Assembly: GCA_963693365.1 (NCBI GenBank)
Contig: CAVNZM010000014.1
Coordinates: forward strand, 4,650,001-4,714,000
Source of the DNA: Amoebidium appalachense
Taxonomy: Eukaryota; Protista; Ichthyosporea
DNA: 64,000 nt
Direction: 5' to 3'
The notes below the pieces were generated by a model. That model was given only the letters and a program-made list of their open reading frames with translations. It did no database searches and was not told where the DNA came from. Below, piece by piece: positions 1 to 13,540 of the stretch. A program made the translations under genes and the position numbers. How positions within the stretch are numbered: the first letter of the stretch is position 1; each line of letters opens with the position of its first letter.

Positions 1-146
1 GCCCCTCCCCCTCCTCCCTCCACCCCCTGCTCCCCCACCTCCCCCCCCCCAAACACACACACACAATGCACCTCCGGTGGTCCCCCAGCGACCTGGCTCC
101 CCCCTTCTACCCAAAAGCAGAATATCATCCCTTCCCCCCCTTCCCC

Positions 147-177
<31 letters not shown>

Positions 178-645
178 AAAAAAAAGAAAAGAAAAAGGAA
201 AAGTTAACCCTGCTATCCTCTCCTCCATCCTCTTCTACAAACGTAAACCAACTCCCTTTTTCCTTTTTTTTTTCTTTTTTTTCTTCACTGACCGTGAAAT
301 GCGTTAACCAAGCACTGCCGTTTTCTCACCATCTCCCCTTCAGCCCCCCTCCCCCCCCCCCCACCACCACCACCACCACCCACCCTACTCCCCCCCCCTC
401 CCCCCCCCCCCGCGGGAGCTACCCTTCCTTTCTTTTGAAAATTCCGTTTCACCACTGCCTATACATAGCACTAGATTGCTCGTTAAACTATACACGTTTA
501 TGCCTAAAAGCATAAACTAAAGGCACCATGCCATTCTAGTGAGGACCCCCCCCCCCCCCCCCCCCCCCCCAACACCCACCCACACACACACGCACACAAA
601 CAAAAAAAAAAAAAAAAAAAAAAAGAAGAAGAAAGAAAGACATAC

Positions 646-961
646 CATTGACAAACACCAACTGGCCATTTCTGACCAGATCCCTCACGATCTGTCGTGT
701 GCCCTCCTCCTGCTCGTCCCACCAGCGGGTGAAGAAGGCCATCTCCACGTAGATGAACTTGCGGTCGGGGTTTTCCAAAAGCTGCTCGATGACTGTGTCG
801 ATGATGTACTGCAAGGGGGTTGAGGAGAAGGGGGGTGAGTTGAAGTATAAAATAGAAAGAAAAAAAAAAGGGGGGGGGGGGGGGGGGGGAGGGGGGGAGG
901 AGGAGGGAAAGAGCGGGCGGAGGCTGCACGTGGGTGGGTGGGTGGGTGGTGAGGAGGGGAA

Positions 962-995
<34 letters not shown>

Positions 996-1718
996 GTGAA
1001 GGGGGGGACAGGTGGAGAAAGGGCACGGATGGAAGGTTGGTCTTTGATGTTGAACTTTTTCTTTTTTCTTTCTTTGTTTTCTCTTTTTTCTTTTTTTTTT
1101 TGGAAAGGGAGGGGGAGGAGGCGGAGACGAGAAAGTCAGAAGAAGGTTTGCAAAAGGGAGGTTCTGGAGGGAAGCGGGAGGGGAGGGAGGGAGGGGGGTG
1201 GATTCGAAGTTATCACAAGAGGGAAGAGAGTCACCCTATAACTAGCCAAAAAAAGGAAATGGGAATCGGCGAGAGATCTATGAATCCGACAGTATTGGGT
1301 TCACCACAACGAAAGCAAACGAGAGGTACACACCTGCACTCCACCGCCAAACTCATTCTTCCTGAACCCATAGTAGTACTGGTCCACCGTGACCAACCAA
1401 CCAACATCATCGTGTGTGTGTGCCACAAGATGGAGGTTAATGGGTGCATTTGGATCGTAGCCAGAAGTTGTGTTGTACTTGTGGTTGATGGGCAGCTGTC
1501 TGTTGGAGGCGGGGGAGGGGGAGGTTGTAGCGGCGTTTGTTGGGGCGGTGGTTTGGCTGGCCTCCGTATAGCCGACTGTAAGCCTGAGGGCGGTGTGAGT
1601 TGATCGTGAGAGAGAGGTTGAGCGTGCCCCTCTCAGGGCTGCATGTTTGAGTCTATATGCCTCCTGGCACCGTTGAAAAAAACGCTACATACATGGGAAG
1701 AACAGAACTCGCCCCCAT
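646..1718 (-). CDS. GH38 (lysosomal-type) alpha-mannosidase, 5' exons; gene continues off the left edge
   Basis: Exon ending at 1334 encodes INLHLVAHTHDDVGWLVTVDQYYYGFRKNEFGGGVQ (GH38 HxHxDxGW motif), donor GTGTGT. Exon 808-646 encodes YIIDTVIEQLLENPDRKFIYVEMAFFTRWWDEQ...LVRNGQLVFVNG, donor GTATGT. The start is uncertain: ATG 1718 needs a 1-nt correction in a T7 run near 1680. Confidence 0.9.
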
Positions 1719-2484
1719 CCTAAAAAATGAGGTTAAGATCGTTCCTTGACGTACAAGGACGGGAAACGTTCGTGCTACTTCTCGTTCACCTTAATTAACT
1801 CCTCCCACCCTCCCCCCCACCCCCACCCCCACCGCCCCTCTCCCCCCCGCTTTGCGCTCGCATAACACAAACACACGCACACGCTTCTCTTGCTCACTAT
1901 CCTCCGGATCCTTCCGTTCCTTCTTGAGCAGTTCACTCCCCTCCATCAAACCGTGGTGTTTTGTCTTACTCTCCTGCCCCATTTTTGAGTTGTGTTTGCT
2001 CTGTCAGGCAAGTAACTTACTCTATCCTCCCACCCGAGTGCACGAAATACAGTGCAGCTCCAAGCAGAAGCGCAGCAGACAGAATGAGGGTCTTGAAGCT
2101 TCTGCGTGCCTGCGGCAGCACAAAGACAGGCTGGGCACTCCCAGGGGACCCCATGGTGCATGGGTGTGTGTAACACGCTTAATGGGTGATTCTGTATGTG
2201 TCTCGTCCTGTTGTGTTTCTCTGCTTGTGTGTGTGTGTACGTGTGCGTGCGTGGCTCTGTGTCAAGCCCTCTCTATGTGGAAGTGGTGTTGTTTCCTTCT
2301 TTTTGTGTGTTTTGAAACTCAGAAACTGGACTGACGAGTCGGTCAGGAATTGGCGCGCTCTTTACTGGTCACAACCAGTCCGGGAAGGCCATGAGCAGCA
2401 TTGCCGAGCACACTGGAATACGGGAATGTTTGCGGTAACGTAGTCGCACTAGGGGGGCAGGGGGCCAGGCCCCAAGTGTTTAAA

Positions 2485-3876
2485 ATGAAGCCAGGCTGCC
2501 CTAAGGGCACAACACAGCGCCCTGGGCATAAAACAGGCGGAGCTAGGGAGGGAGCTGGGCGCAAAAAAAAAGATGCTGCATTTGTTCAGCCTTTAGCGAA
2601 CTTTGCAGGTTTTGGGACGGCAAACAAAGCTGTTTTGCAGGAACTAAACGTAAACGTACAACCCGAACAGCCCCCTCTATCTAAGGCCGCCGACATAAGG
2701 GCCCGTGTAGTTGAGGCAGGTAGCGTCCATTCGTTACCAAGAGAAATGGATCGGGCCCCTGCTCCACACCCACCAGACATACAGGTGCAACCCGACGAGG
2801 AACCTTTGCTAAATGCAGCAGCAGATGCGTACCGGGTAGACGAGGATGAAGGGGAGGAAGAGGGAGAAGATAATACGGACGGGGATGACGGTGGAGAGGA
2901 GTTTTCTGACGCGGCGGGCGAAACAATCAAGTCGCACCTGCACACAGTGAAAGAGAGTCTCAAAGATGAGAAGACGCCTGTGGGGTGGCATCTTCCACCT
3001 CCCATTATAGGCTTTAAATTTGGGGGCGATCCAGCGCCTTTCTACAAACCCAGATGTTTTGCCTGGCTTCCGGAAAGGTTGTCTCCCGGTTTCATGGTGC
3101 CGTGCCCCTTCGATGATCACTACGTGGACCCCCACAACCACCCCAACCCACACCGTACTTCTCGCAATGGGTTCATGAGCAACCCCGTAGGACGGCGTGT
3201 TATCGACTTTGACAGCTGCTACTACATTATCACGGCCCGGTACTTTTGTGACACATGCAAAAAAAACTTTGCCGGCACAAACCCCCAGACAATTAAACGC
3301 CTTCCACTCTTCATGCGTGATCAGTTTCCGGCCTACCTTAGCCACCGCAGTGGGCTCGACCTAAAGGTGGTAACATTGTTGCGTGCACTGGCAGACAAAG
3401 GTGTGGGCCCAAACGCCTTTGCCACCCTCCTCTCGGAGCTCCACAAGCAGCGATACGACGAGCAGCGGCTCCTGTATTACTCGAGGGCGCTGCATTGGAC
3501 CAAGTATGAACTCAAAAAGCGTAACGATTTCCGCCCCCACGACCAGCGCCTGACAGAACTTCCCCCAGAGGAGCAGGCGGCTAAGTTCTCGGCGTTTGGT
3601 GACAAAAATGGTTACGCTGGACATGTGCCTTCAGGCAAGTGTGCACTGCATTTTGGGTGTGTAAATGGTCCCCATTGTTTTGTATGCACGTGCTTGGGCA
3701 TTTTTTGGGTTGGCTTGGTAGGGTTTTGTTTTATTATTTTTTATTTTTTTTTTAGGGGGGGGGGGGGGACTTGGAAATGGGTTTTGGAAGTGTGGTCAAT
3801 AAGTTTCTATTATGGTGGTGGTGGATGTGTGGTGGTGGATGTGCGCCTGTGAGTGTGCGTGTACTTGTGGGTCCGT

Positions 3877-3907
<31 letters not shown>

Positions 3908-4164
3908 GAGGGGGAGGGGGGACATGGTGATGGATTAGGTGGTGGTGGTGGCAATCAGTCATGGTGGTGGTGGTGGTTGTGGTGGTGGGGGGGGGGGGGG
4001 GGGGGGGGGGGGGAGGGGCAGAGGGATCATCAGAGGGGTGAAAGCATAACGGTCCATGTACCAGTGAGTGTGCTTGGGAAATCGTGGAGAACTGTTATGC
4101 CTGAAATTAGATGGTGGGTGTGCGCATGTGTGTCTGTGTGTGTTGGGGGAAAGGAGGTGGAGAG

Positions 4165-4241
<77 letters not shown>

Positions 4242-4413
4242 TGGTGGTAGACTGGATCTTGGTGGCGGTACTTAATGGTTATTATAGTAGTGGCAGGAGG
4301 GTGTGGGGGGAAGGGCAAACGGACGTGCAGGGGACAAACTGCAGATGGGGCACAAAGGGGAAAGAAGGTGAAAGTTGGTGCAATGACTTGGAGGGTTTGC
4401 GCGCGCCGGGAGG

Positions 4414-4455
<42 letters not shown>

Positions 4456-5151
4456 AACGGCCGGAGATGGGTGTGTAGCGTTTTTGAGATGGGAAAAGCC
4501 ATACAGACTTACGAAAATACAGAGAGGTGAGATGAACACGAGGGACTAGAGGGAATGGGGGGGATGGTCCTGATGGGAGGGTGGTGGAGTTCTAACAGTA
4601 CTTGGGGTTCAGGCAAATACCTGAGTGCCGTGTATACTGAGTTCAGCGACCGCACGGCAAAGTACCAGAGCCTGGACACGCAGCTCAAGCCCGTAAACAA
4701 CGTGCTCAAGGCCGACCACACCTTCCAAATTGGGAAGCTCACCGGCATCAATGGGGAGCCTCTGTACCGAGGCCTATGGACTTGTGTAAACGAGCTTGGC
4801 GGTGTGTGGTCCCTCCTCTTCTCCCCCCTCCCCCCACTCTCCCCCAGGCCCCCTTCCCCCCCCCCCCCCCCCCCCCACACACGCCCCACCCCCCCCCCCC
4901 CCACACACACACACACACACGCCCCCCCCCTCCCCCCCCCCCCCCCTCCCCCCCCTCTAGGGCCTTTAAATCTCTTAGGCTCCACATTTAATGAGGTGGC
5001 ACACTGTGAGTAGAGGTTTGTAGTATGTGGGTTTTGGGGACAATTCTTGCCCTGTCGAGCAAAAACTAGGAAGCTCCAGATATGTGTGTATGTGTTTTTG
5101 CTGGGTAGAGATTGGGGTGGGCTGGGGTGGAGCTTTCTTTTGGCGGGGAAT

Positions 5152-5228
<77 letters not shown>

Positions 5229-6839
5229 AGCTTCTGCCAAGCAGAATGGGAGTAGGGGCCAGTGATTGCAAGGGATGCAGGGGGGGGGGGGGGGGGGGGG
5301 GAGAGACACCACCGTCGGGGTTGAAGGTAGAGAGGGCAAGAGGCCCGGGGTGGGGTGGGGGGGGGGGGGGGGGGACAGTAGGTGCCATATGGAGGGCTGT
5401 CCCATGGTTTGGGGGGAGGGGGAGTGGGGAAGGATCGTGGGCACATGGGTTTGGGGGGAAGGCAGAGAGGGGGAAAGGATTGTGATCACAAGGGTTTAGG
5501 GGGAGGAAGGGGGAAGGATTGTAGGTACATGGGTTTAGGGGGGGGGGGGGGGGGGGAAGATTTTGGGGGAAAGGGAGGCCTGGGGAAAGTATGTGGGCAC
5601 ATGGGTTTGGGGGGAAGGCGGGGGAAGGGTTTTGGGGGGAGAGGGAGGGGAAAGTATGTGGGCACATGGGTTTGGGGGGAGGGAGGGGGAAAGGATTGTG
5701 TGGGCACTGAAGTCTCGTGAAGGGCCATGTGGTAAGGGAAGCTAGAACATGCATGGCTGCTCGGAGATGCCCTCTCACACAGTGCGGCACCCCAGAGATC
5801 CGGGCGCAGGTATTTACACGGGACTGCAGCCACCAGGAGATTGAGCCCGTGATCCAGCGCATCTCTGCCACCACGGCGGCGCTCAACAGCAAGGGCCCGG
5901 CCTTCTTCTACACAGATCGGTGCTGCCAAGACCGGGCGTTTGTTGAGCGCATGTTTCCAACCCTAGCCCGGCCAAAATGCCCCGTCCGTCTGAACGAGGC
6001 TGCGCTGGTAAGCGTGACGGACGGTCTGCCTGGGCTGGAGCTGCCGGCCAACTACCCTAAGCCGGTGTACACCGACTGCCAGGGGGCGGTGGTGGCTACA
6101 GCGGCCATTCGTGCCGACCTGGAGGGGCAGCAGCACCGCGTGGTGGGGCTGGACTGCGAGTGGGTCTATCGGGTGGGCCAGGCGCGGTCCAAGGTTTGCA
6201 CGCTGCAGATTGCCACCGCACGGGCCGTGTACATCTTCCACTTGGCACGCATGGGCCCCAACCACAGCCCGCCCGCGCGGCTGGTGGACGAGCTGATTGC
6301 GCTGCTTAGGGACCCCAGCATCATCAAGGTGGGCAAGCAGATCGGCACGGACTCGGCCCACCTCAACAAGGACTACGGCACCCCTGTGGCCAGCTATCTG
6401 GAGCTGGGCCGGTTCTGCTATGCCCGTGCAGCTATCACCTCTGCGGCCCGGGGCTTGGCCGACATTACTGCCCAGGTCATAGGCAAGAAGCTGCCCAAGC
6501 CGGCACTTGTTCGATGCTCCAACTGGCACGAGCCGCTATCAGAGGTGCAGGCCACCTACGCTGCCCTTGATGCATATGCGTCCCTGCAGGTCTACTCGGC
6601 CGTGGTCGATAGGCCAAACCTGTCAGGTGTGTATCCCACCTGCTTTTTGCCCCAGTGCTTATGTGCTTATGCCAGATATAGAAAGATTGTGGGCCCCCCA
6701 GAGGAGAGGGGAGGGGGAGGAGGGGGGGGGGGGGGGGGGGGGGGTGGCTGACCACATGGGCCAGTGTTCCAGTTGTGTTATGCTGGGTGTCGGGTGGCTA
6801 TCAAAGGAGGGGGTGATTGGTGGTGGTGGTGGTGGTGGT

Positions 6840-6870
<31 letters not shown>

Positions 6871-7912
6871 CTATAGCACTGTTAACACGTGCAAGTGCCA
6901 CACAAGCTGGGCACTGGGAGGAGGGGGGGGGGGAGGGAGAAGGGGGGGGGGGGGGGGGGAAGGGGGTTGCTAAGGAATATGCATTTGATTTTTGTGGAGC
7001 GAAGAGAAAAACGTTGGTGCTGTGGCTTTTTGGCTGAGTTTTTTGCTTCCCTCTATGACATGCAGCGCGGCTTCATGCAAAGGCACTCGGTGAAGGGGTT
7101 GAGATTGTGCCCCGGCGGGGCCCACATGCTGCAGCAGCCACCGGGGTGGTGCTGGCTGTGCAGCCGGAGCGCTGGGGGGGCATGAAGGTGGGCAAGAAGC
7201 ATGCAGTGGTGCGGGTGGATCAGGTGCTGTCGCCGGCCATGCAGGTGCCCTTTGGCCCCGACAAGGGCAAGACCCTGGGAGAGCTGGGCCCGCCGCCCTT
7301 TGAGCTGATGGTGCACCTGCAGTGGCTACGGCCCATTCAGCCCCCACCGGACCCAGGTGCCGAGGTGCCGGTGGTCCCTGACCCAGCCCCTCCCCCTGCC
7401 AGTCCTCCCCCTGCCGAGCAGCAGCAACCCCTTGCCGGCCCACAGGCACCCCCCCAGGACCCCCAGGCAGCCCCGGGGGGCCTTGAGGCAGCCCCAGGGG
7501 GACCCGAGGTAGCTCCCAGAGAGGGCATGTTGGGCCAGGCACCGCCTGGGGAGGTGGTGTGGCAGACTGTGCTGAATGACGCCTTCCACTCCATTGCAAA
7601 CACGGCGGACGGCACGTACAAGTCACACCCCCGCAGGGCTGAGTACGCACGCGCACTCAGCGAGGCAATATTTGTGTGGAATGAAGAGGATTACGGACAT
7701 GTGAAGGTGCCCCCCTCCCCCCCCCCCCCCCCCAAAATAAAAAATAAAAAATAAAAATAAAAAAAACGGCAACAACAACATGCGTGACTGACGCGCACAC
7801 ACACATACACTCGTTAGCACACACTCACCATTCCACCCACAACCATGCACACCTTCGACAAAACTTCTGAGGGAAGAGAGAGAGCCTGAGCCTCAGAGAG
7901 AGGGGGGGGCAA

Positions 7913-7952
<40 letters not shown>

Positions 7953-8497
7953 GGGGGAGGAGAGTGGGGGTTATTCATATGCCTAGAGAGAAATAATGTA
8001 GGGTTGTGGGGGGAAATAGCCACATGCATTTTTTACTTGTGTTGGGGGAGAAGATGGGGGGGGTGGAGGGGAGGGGTCCTACAATAACGGCAGGTATCAA
8101 AGTCTACCAAACCCAAATTGCAGTGTGCGTAGTAAATTAATATTGGCATCCTGCCTCACAGGGGGTGCTGGAGCAGAAGGGCATCGACATTGAAACCGAG
8201 CTCAAGGGCGGCGACCTGAGCTACTTCATGGAGCGCATCCGGCGGGTTATTCCCGACCCATACACGCTGGTCTCGCGGCTGGTGGAGTTCAAAAACACCT
8301 ACAAGGATGTGCCGCCCGGACCGGATGGCAAGCCTCTGTTCAAGAAGGATGGCTTTGAAAGACTCGAGGCAACATCCCCCCCCCCCCCCCCCTCCCCCTG
8401 CAGGCGCCCAACAACTCCACCACCACAGAAAAGATTCTTCGCTTATTTGTCATCCTTGGTTCATCTGCACACACACGCACACCCTAGCCCCCCCCCC

Positions 8498-8530
<33 letters not shown>

Positions 8531-8534
8531 ACAT

Positions 8535-8606
<72 letters not shown>

Positions 8607-8706
8607 CCCGCACGGCCCTTGCTGCCTAGCCAGTTGTTTTTTGCCTTTCCCTGCTCGTTTTTTTCCTTAGCAACCCCATCCCCCCCCCCCCCCCCCCCCC
8701 CCCACA

Positions 8707-8740
<34 letters not shown>

Positions 8741-10389
8741 CCACCACCACCACCCACCCATCTCTCTGATGTTTGCTTGTGCCCCCACAGTCGCTGCTCG
8801 AACACGCCCAAAATGGCTGTCTGTCGGACCCCCCCGGCCTGCCCCTCTACTACGAGACCACTGCCGACGCAGATGGGCTCATGCGCTACCGCTGCATCCG
8901 GGGCACCAACGAGGTGGAGGGGGCAGTGCACAACCCCCTGGCCACCCACTTTGGGGCCACACGCATGTCGCTGCGCCTGCTGGACGCCACCATGTCCAAT
9001 AGGCGCCACCGCCACAACCTGCGTGCACACTACCGCAACCGCCTGGGCCAGGCATCGGGGCCCCCCCACTACAGCCCCTGGATTGTTGACGACATGGAGG
9101 CACTGGCGCTGATGCTGTACGGCCATCACCTCGACCCCCAGTGGGTACCCGTAGGCTGCTACAAGCTACCGGAGGAGTACTTCAACTTTGCCCCGCTCTC
9201 CTGTGTGGCCAATGCCCCGGCGCAGGAGCCAGTTGCGGTGCCCGCACCCCCACCTCCGTCTGATAACATCGAGCCTGCAGCCAATGGCGTGATGGGCGGG
9301 CCAGAGGACTGTGAGGTCGAGGAGGGTGACGGTGCTGCCATGGGGGGGGGCAACCAGGTGGCGCGTGGTGCACCACAGCCGGACCCTGCACTGAGGGGCG
9401 ACTACAAGTTCCTGGCGCAGAAGCAACATGTGGCCATCCCCTTCCTTCCGGTGCTTACCCCTCAGGAGCGCAAGCTATTCAGCACGCTGCTCCTGGGCAC
9501 CTACAAGGCACATGCAAAGCCCAACGGCCAGCTGTTCGAGGCTTTGGCCCAAGACTTCAACAAGGCTGCCTCTGTGGCTGGGGGAATCTACATGAAGGAT
9601 GCGGCCTACATCAAGAAGCATTTCGACAAGTGGAAGACCTGGCAGACGGCACATGCACAGCGCTCCACACACGAGGGCCTGGCAGATCACCGCAAGCGTA
9701 TGCGCGAGGAGAGGGCAGACGCTGTGCCAGCAACCATACGGCCTGCCCCCTTGCCACCCCTCCCTGTTCCAGACGGTGTCGATGCAGGGGCGCAGCGTGA
9801 GCGGCCCTTGCCCATGCTAGTGGGCAAAAAGCATCGCAACATTGGCCCTGAGGGGCCCCTGCAGATGGATTTGCCGGTGCCCCCTCCTATGCAGCCACCC
9901 CAGAGAGCCCCCAAGACCTGCAAGACGTGTGGCCGCCAGGGCAAGGGCTGCCCCGGCTCCAATCGGGCCAAGAGCTGCCCACGTTGGGTTGCAGCCAATC
10001 AGGATGCCATGCCACCAGCACCCGCGCTTGACATGCAGCAGGGCCATGTGCCGCACATGCCCCCTGCACCCCATCCAGGCCCGCACCACCCACATGGCTG
10101 GCCCCCACCGTGGGGCATCATGCCGCCTCAGCCCGGCCCTGCCTTCCCCATGCCTGGGCTACTGCCGCAGCACGGTCCCCATCCTTACTTGGGCCATGTG
10201 GGCCAGCCCTCGGCTGGTGGGCAGTTCCCACCCCCTTCTCGTGCATCTGCTGTGCTGGGCCTGGCGTTGCCACCTGCTGGAGAGACGCAGCTGCAATGGC
10301 ACGATCGAAAGCAAAGTAATCGTGGCCGCAAGTCTGCAGGCAGCCAATCAGGATCTCAGAGTAGTCAGAGTAGCCAAACTAGTGTCTAA
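2485..10389 (+). CDS. Putative DDE-type transposase (DUF6729-like N-terminal region) with an inserted DEDDy/WRN-like 3'-5' exonuclease and a C-terminal Cys4 knuckle; 6 exons, 1538 aa
   Basis: Exons 2485-3634, 4613-4801, 5796-6626, 7066-7706, 8162-8368 and 8791-10389 join in frame with no stops. Transposase-like motifs: RRVIDFDSCYYIITARYFCDTC..FPAYLSHRSGLD, LKADHTF (D), YTDRCC (D), LNDAFH (DxxH), YRCIRGTNEVEGAVH (E). Exonuclease motifs: VVGLDCEW, KVGKQIGTD, SNW..LS..Q..YAALDAY. C-terminal CKTC..CPG..C. Confidence 0.8.
5400..5710 (+). repeat. G-rich minisatellite (about 40-bp units, GGCACATGGGTTTGGGGGGA...GGAAGGATTGTG) in transposase intron 2
   Basis: About 7 imperfect direct copies visible. 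Confidence 0.7.
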
Positions 10390-10803
10390 TATTGGAATGT
10401 ACACCAATGTAACGGATCTCATATGTGTTGTAGTGCTTCAAGTTATACCTGTTCTTCGTACAGTCATGTTAGGGGGAGGGGGGGGGGGGGGGGGGGGGGG
10501 CTAGCTTTCATTCCGAAGTTTACTGTAAAGAATTAAAATTTAGAATCTGAGTAATAGTACAGAGCCTTTGCACTTTTCTCTGTTTGTTAGGAATTCTTTG
10601 TGATCGAGAGTATGGTGTGTTAGACTATTGGTGTTAATGTGTCCTGGAAGGTGTATAATGTCTGCTGGCCGTAGTCAGTATCTATTTTTAGGTATATAGT
10701 ATATTTTTAAATGTTGGCCGCTGGCCAATAAATAGCAAATAATAAACACACGATAAAGTCAACAGCGTGCCAAAAAACTAATCCCCAGCGAGCGCACCCA
10801 GTG

Positions 10804-10882
<79 letters not shown>

Positions 10883-12210
10883 CGCGCGCGTGCGTGCGTG
10901 TGTGTGTGTGTGTGTGTGCGTGCGTGCGTGCGTGTGTGCGTGTGTGCGTGTGTGCGTGTGTGCGTGTGTGTGTGTGAGTGTGTGTGTGTGTGTGTGTATG
11001 TGTGGTGTGGTGTGTGCGCGGCTTGTACATATGTACGTGTTCATGTGCACCTGTGTCGGACCTACGAAGTACATGAAAGTAAATTTTGACAGCATCGATC
11101 TGCCGGTGTGTATGTGTATGTGTGCCAGTGCAGCAGGTGTGCCTTGTAACTGATAGCTTCGCATTTTACGTGTGTGTATATATAGTAGTACGCATAGACA
11201 CTTGCTGATCATTCGGATCGACATTAATATTTAATCTGTCGGTCCTCGGTTTTTTGAGTGAATGATGATCAAGTGTAAGAGCATTCACTTGGCAAGTATT
11301 AATGTTGCAGAGGCTAGCTGCAGCTGCAAGCGTCGGATGCACACTGACAATTGTCTTTTCAGCGAGTCTAACCTGCAGGCAGCAGCTGCACACATATAGG
11401 GTTGTTATCTTGCGGCACATGCACGGTGATCATTTCAGAGTAATAGAGTTCAGAGCAATGAAAATAATGAAAATAACTAAACTTTGTGACTACTTTAAAG
11501 TTGCTGAGATCATACGTGGTGCAAGCTGCACTATGAACACATGTATAGTGCTAGTAATTAATACATTTTTGTTGCCTTCTGCAGGGTTATCGTAGCTACG
11601 TCACGGCCTGCACTCAGGGGGGGGAGGGGGGGGGGGGGAGAGGGGGGATGATTCGAAGGGGGTATAAATAAGAACATGCACCTAAAGGTCTTTCCCGTGG
11701 ATCCTCCCCCCCCCCCCCCCACCTCTCCCTCCCCCGGGGCCCCATACTATGATATCTAGGCCCAATATTATATGCCCCTTCCCCCCCCCCCCCCCCCCTC
11801 CTCTCCGGATCCCCGGACCCCACTTCCCTACCCGGAGGCTCAAGAGCTCCCCCCTTCCCCTTCCCCCCTCCCCCCCCCCCCCCCAAGGCTTACGGGGGCC
11901 CTTCTTCATCGAGGGGGAGGGGGTGGGGGTGGGGGGGGGGGGGGGGGAGGGGGGTGGGGGGGAGGGAAGTGGAAGGCGGGGGTGGATGCATGTCAGCCTA
12001 GGTGAATTCAATTGTTTAACTCCAGTGTGCAGGACTGGTCTGAAGGCTTAAGAAAACAACGAGGAAATGGGGTCCAGTGGAGGTGGTGGTGGTGTTCTGT
12101 GTGTGTGTGTACACGTGCACGTATGTGTGTGGTTTTTTTAAGGGGTGAGTGGTGGTGGTGGTGGTGGTGGTGGTCACCGTGGTGGTGGTGTGTGTGTCTG
12201 GTGTGTGTGT

Positions 12211-12261
<51 letters not shown>

Positions 12262-13399
12262 TAGAAAGAAAAACTGCTCGTGGGTCACTGTTTTTCGTCA
12301 CTGTATTTGTAACGGGCCGCTCATATTTATATAACTACTTTAATTTAAGTACACGTGTTCATTATCATATACGATGGCCAAATATAGAAATTTTGGCGTC
12401 GAAGTTCTTGGAGCTAAAAAAACGTTTAAAAGGGGGAAATAATAGCTTGGCCCCAAATTTACCTTGCCGTTTTTAGCGAATGTATTTTTTATTCATGAGT
12501 TCTAGTGTTTCAGTGAGTGCACGTGCCTGCCTCAGGCTGATCATGACAACTGCAACACACCATTCCTACATGGATATCAACCAAAAGAAAATAGTATATA
12601 CTGTGGTGGTCTCCTAAACCTTGTGCGGCATGCGCATACATGATATTACAGTGACGCATGTGCATATTATTGTTCTGTACACCGGAGTGTGCCGGTGCAC
12701 GTGGCTGTTTTGTGCACATGTTACAATAGCAGCACGATCTCCCTAAACTCCATGTTTACACATCCCTCACCCTGGCTCTGCCTTGTCGGTGCTCCAAAAC
12801 ACACATACAAATCCCCCTAGACTCAGTGCCTGCACATGGTCGCATTCACGTGACACATGCGATGCCATACTGCCGTCTACAGCAACAACCACGGCAGCAT
12901 GTATACCGGCCCAGCACGAGATATACTTATCGGCAGCCCACTGAACTCGCCCATTTTCTCTTTTTCATGTATGTCCCTCCTTTTTTGTAAAATCACCCTT
13001 TTTGGCCTCCCGGTAGTGGATTTTGCAGGATTTGACTTCTTTGAGGTCCAAAAACCTCAAATTTTCCCCGGCGGGGCCGGGGAGGGAGAATTCAAAAATT
13101 GCCCGCTCCTGATATGGTACCCGGGCCCAATAGAGCGCTGCAGAAAGCACAGAAGTTGCAGAGATAGCGCTAGAGGTTCACGAACACGAAATGTGGCAGA
13201 TTCTTACTAAATACTTGCTCAGCCTGCTACCTGCTCTATATTAAAAATACTTATTTAATCTTTTTTTCATCTGTTATCAATATATTGTTTTTCTATGATA
13301 TGATCAACTGAACCTGCACAGGTATTACGCAGGCACAAGGAAATGTAAGCTCACGAACTGTGAATGTTGTATGTTGGAATTTGCCCACTTTTCGGCGCG

Positions 13400-13540
13400 G
13401 AGATCAACGATTGGTTTCTTTGCAGGCGGTTGTATCCAATAACAAAACAGCGGAATTGTCTTTGAAAATGACGTCATTTTTTGTCCTTTTAAAGACTACG
13501 CTCTGTAGACTAACTAGGTTACCCACGTGACGTCGGCAGC
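13400..13540 (+). promoter_or_regulatory. Candidate NAA50 promoter with CCAAT boxes and CRE-like palindromes
   Basis: Perfect 16-bp palindrome AAAATGACGTCATTTT at 13465-13480, CACGTGACGTC near 13524, ATTGG/CCAAT near 13411 and 13436. Lies upstream of a probable 5'UTR exon with donor AAG|GTGGGT at about 13823. Confidence 0.3.

Larger units (their letters stand above)
1790..12010 (+). mobile_element. Probable DNA transposon carrying the transposase-exonuclease gene; boundaries approximate
   Basis: Inferred from the transposase-like gene lying between two host genes. No convincing TIRs or TSD found by eye. Confidence 0.4.

Noticed and set aside
1705-12952. Candidate TSDs GAACTCGCCC (1705/12943) or TTAACTCC (1795/12016) for the transposon
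   Set aside because: No matching terminal inverted repeats next to them; plausible by chance.
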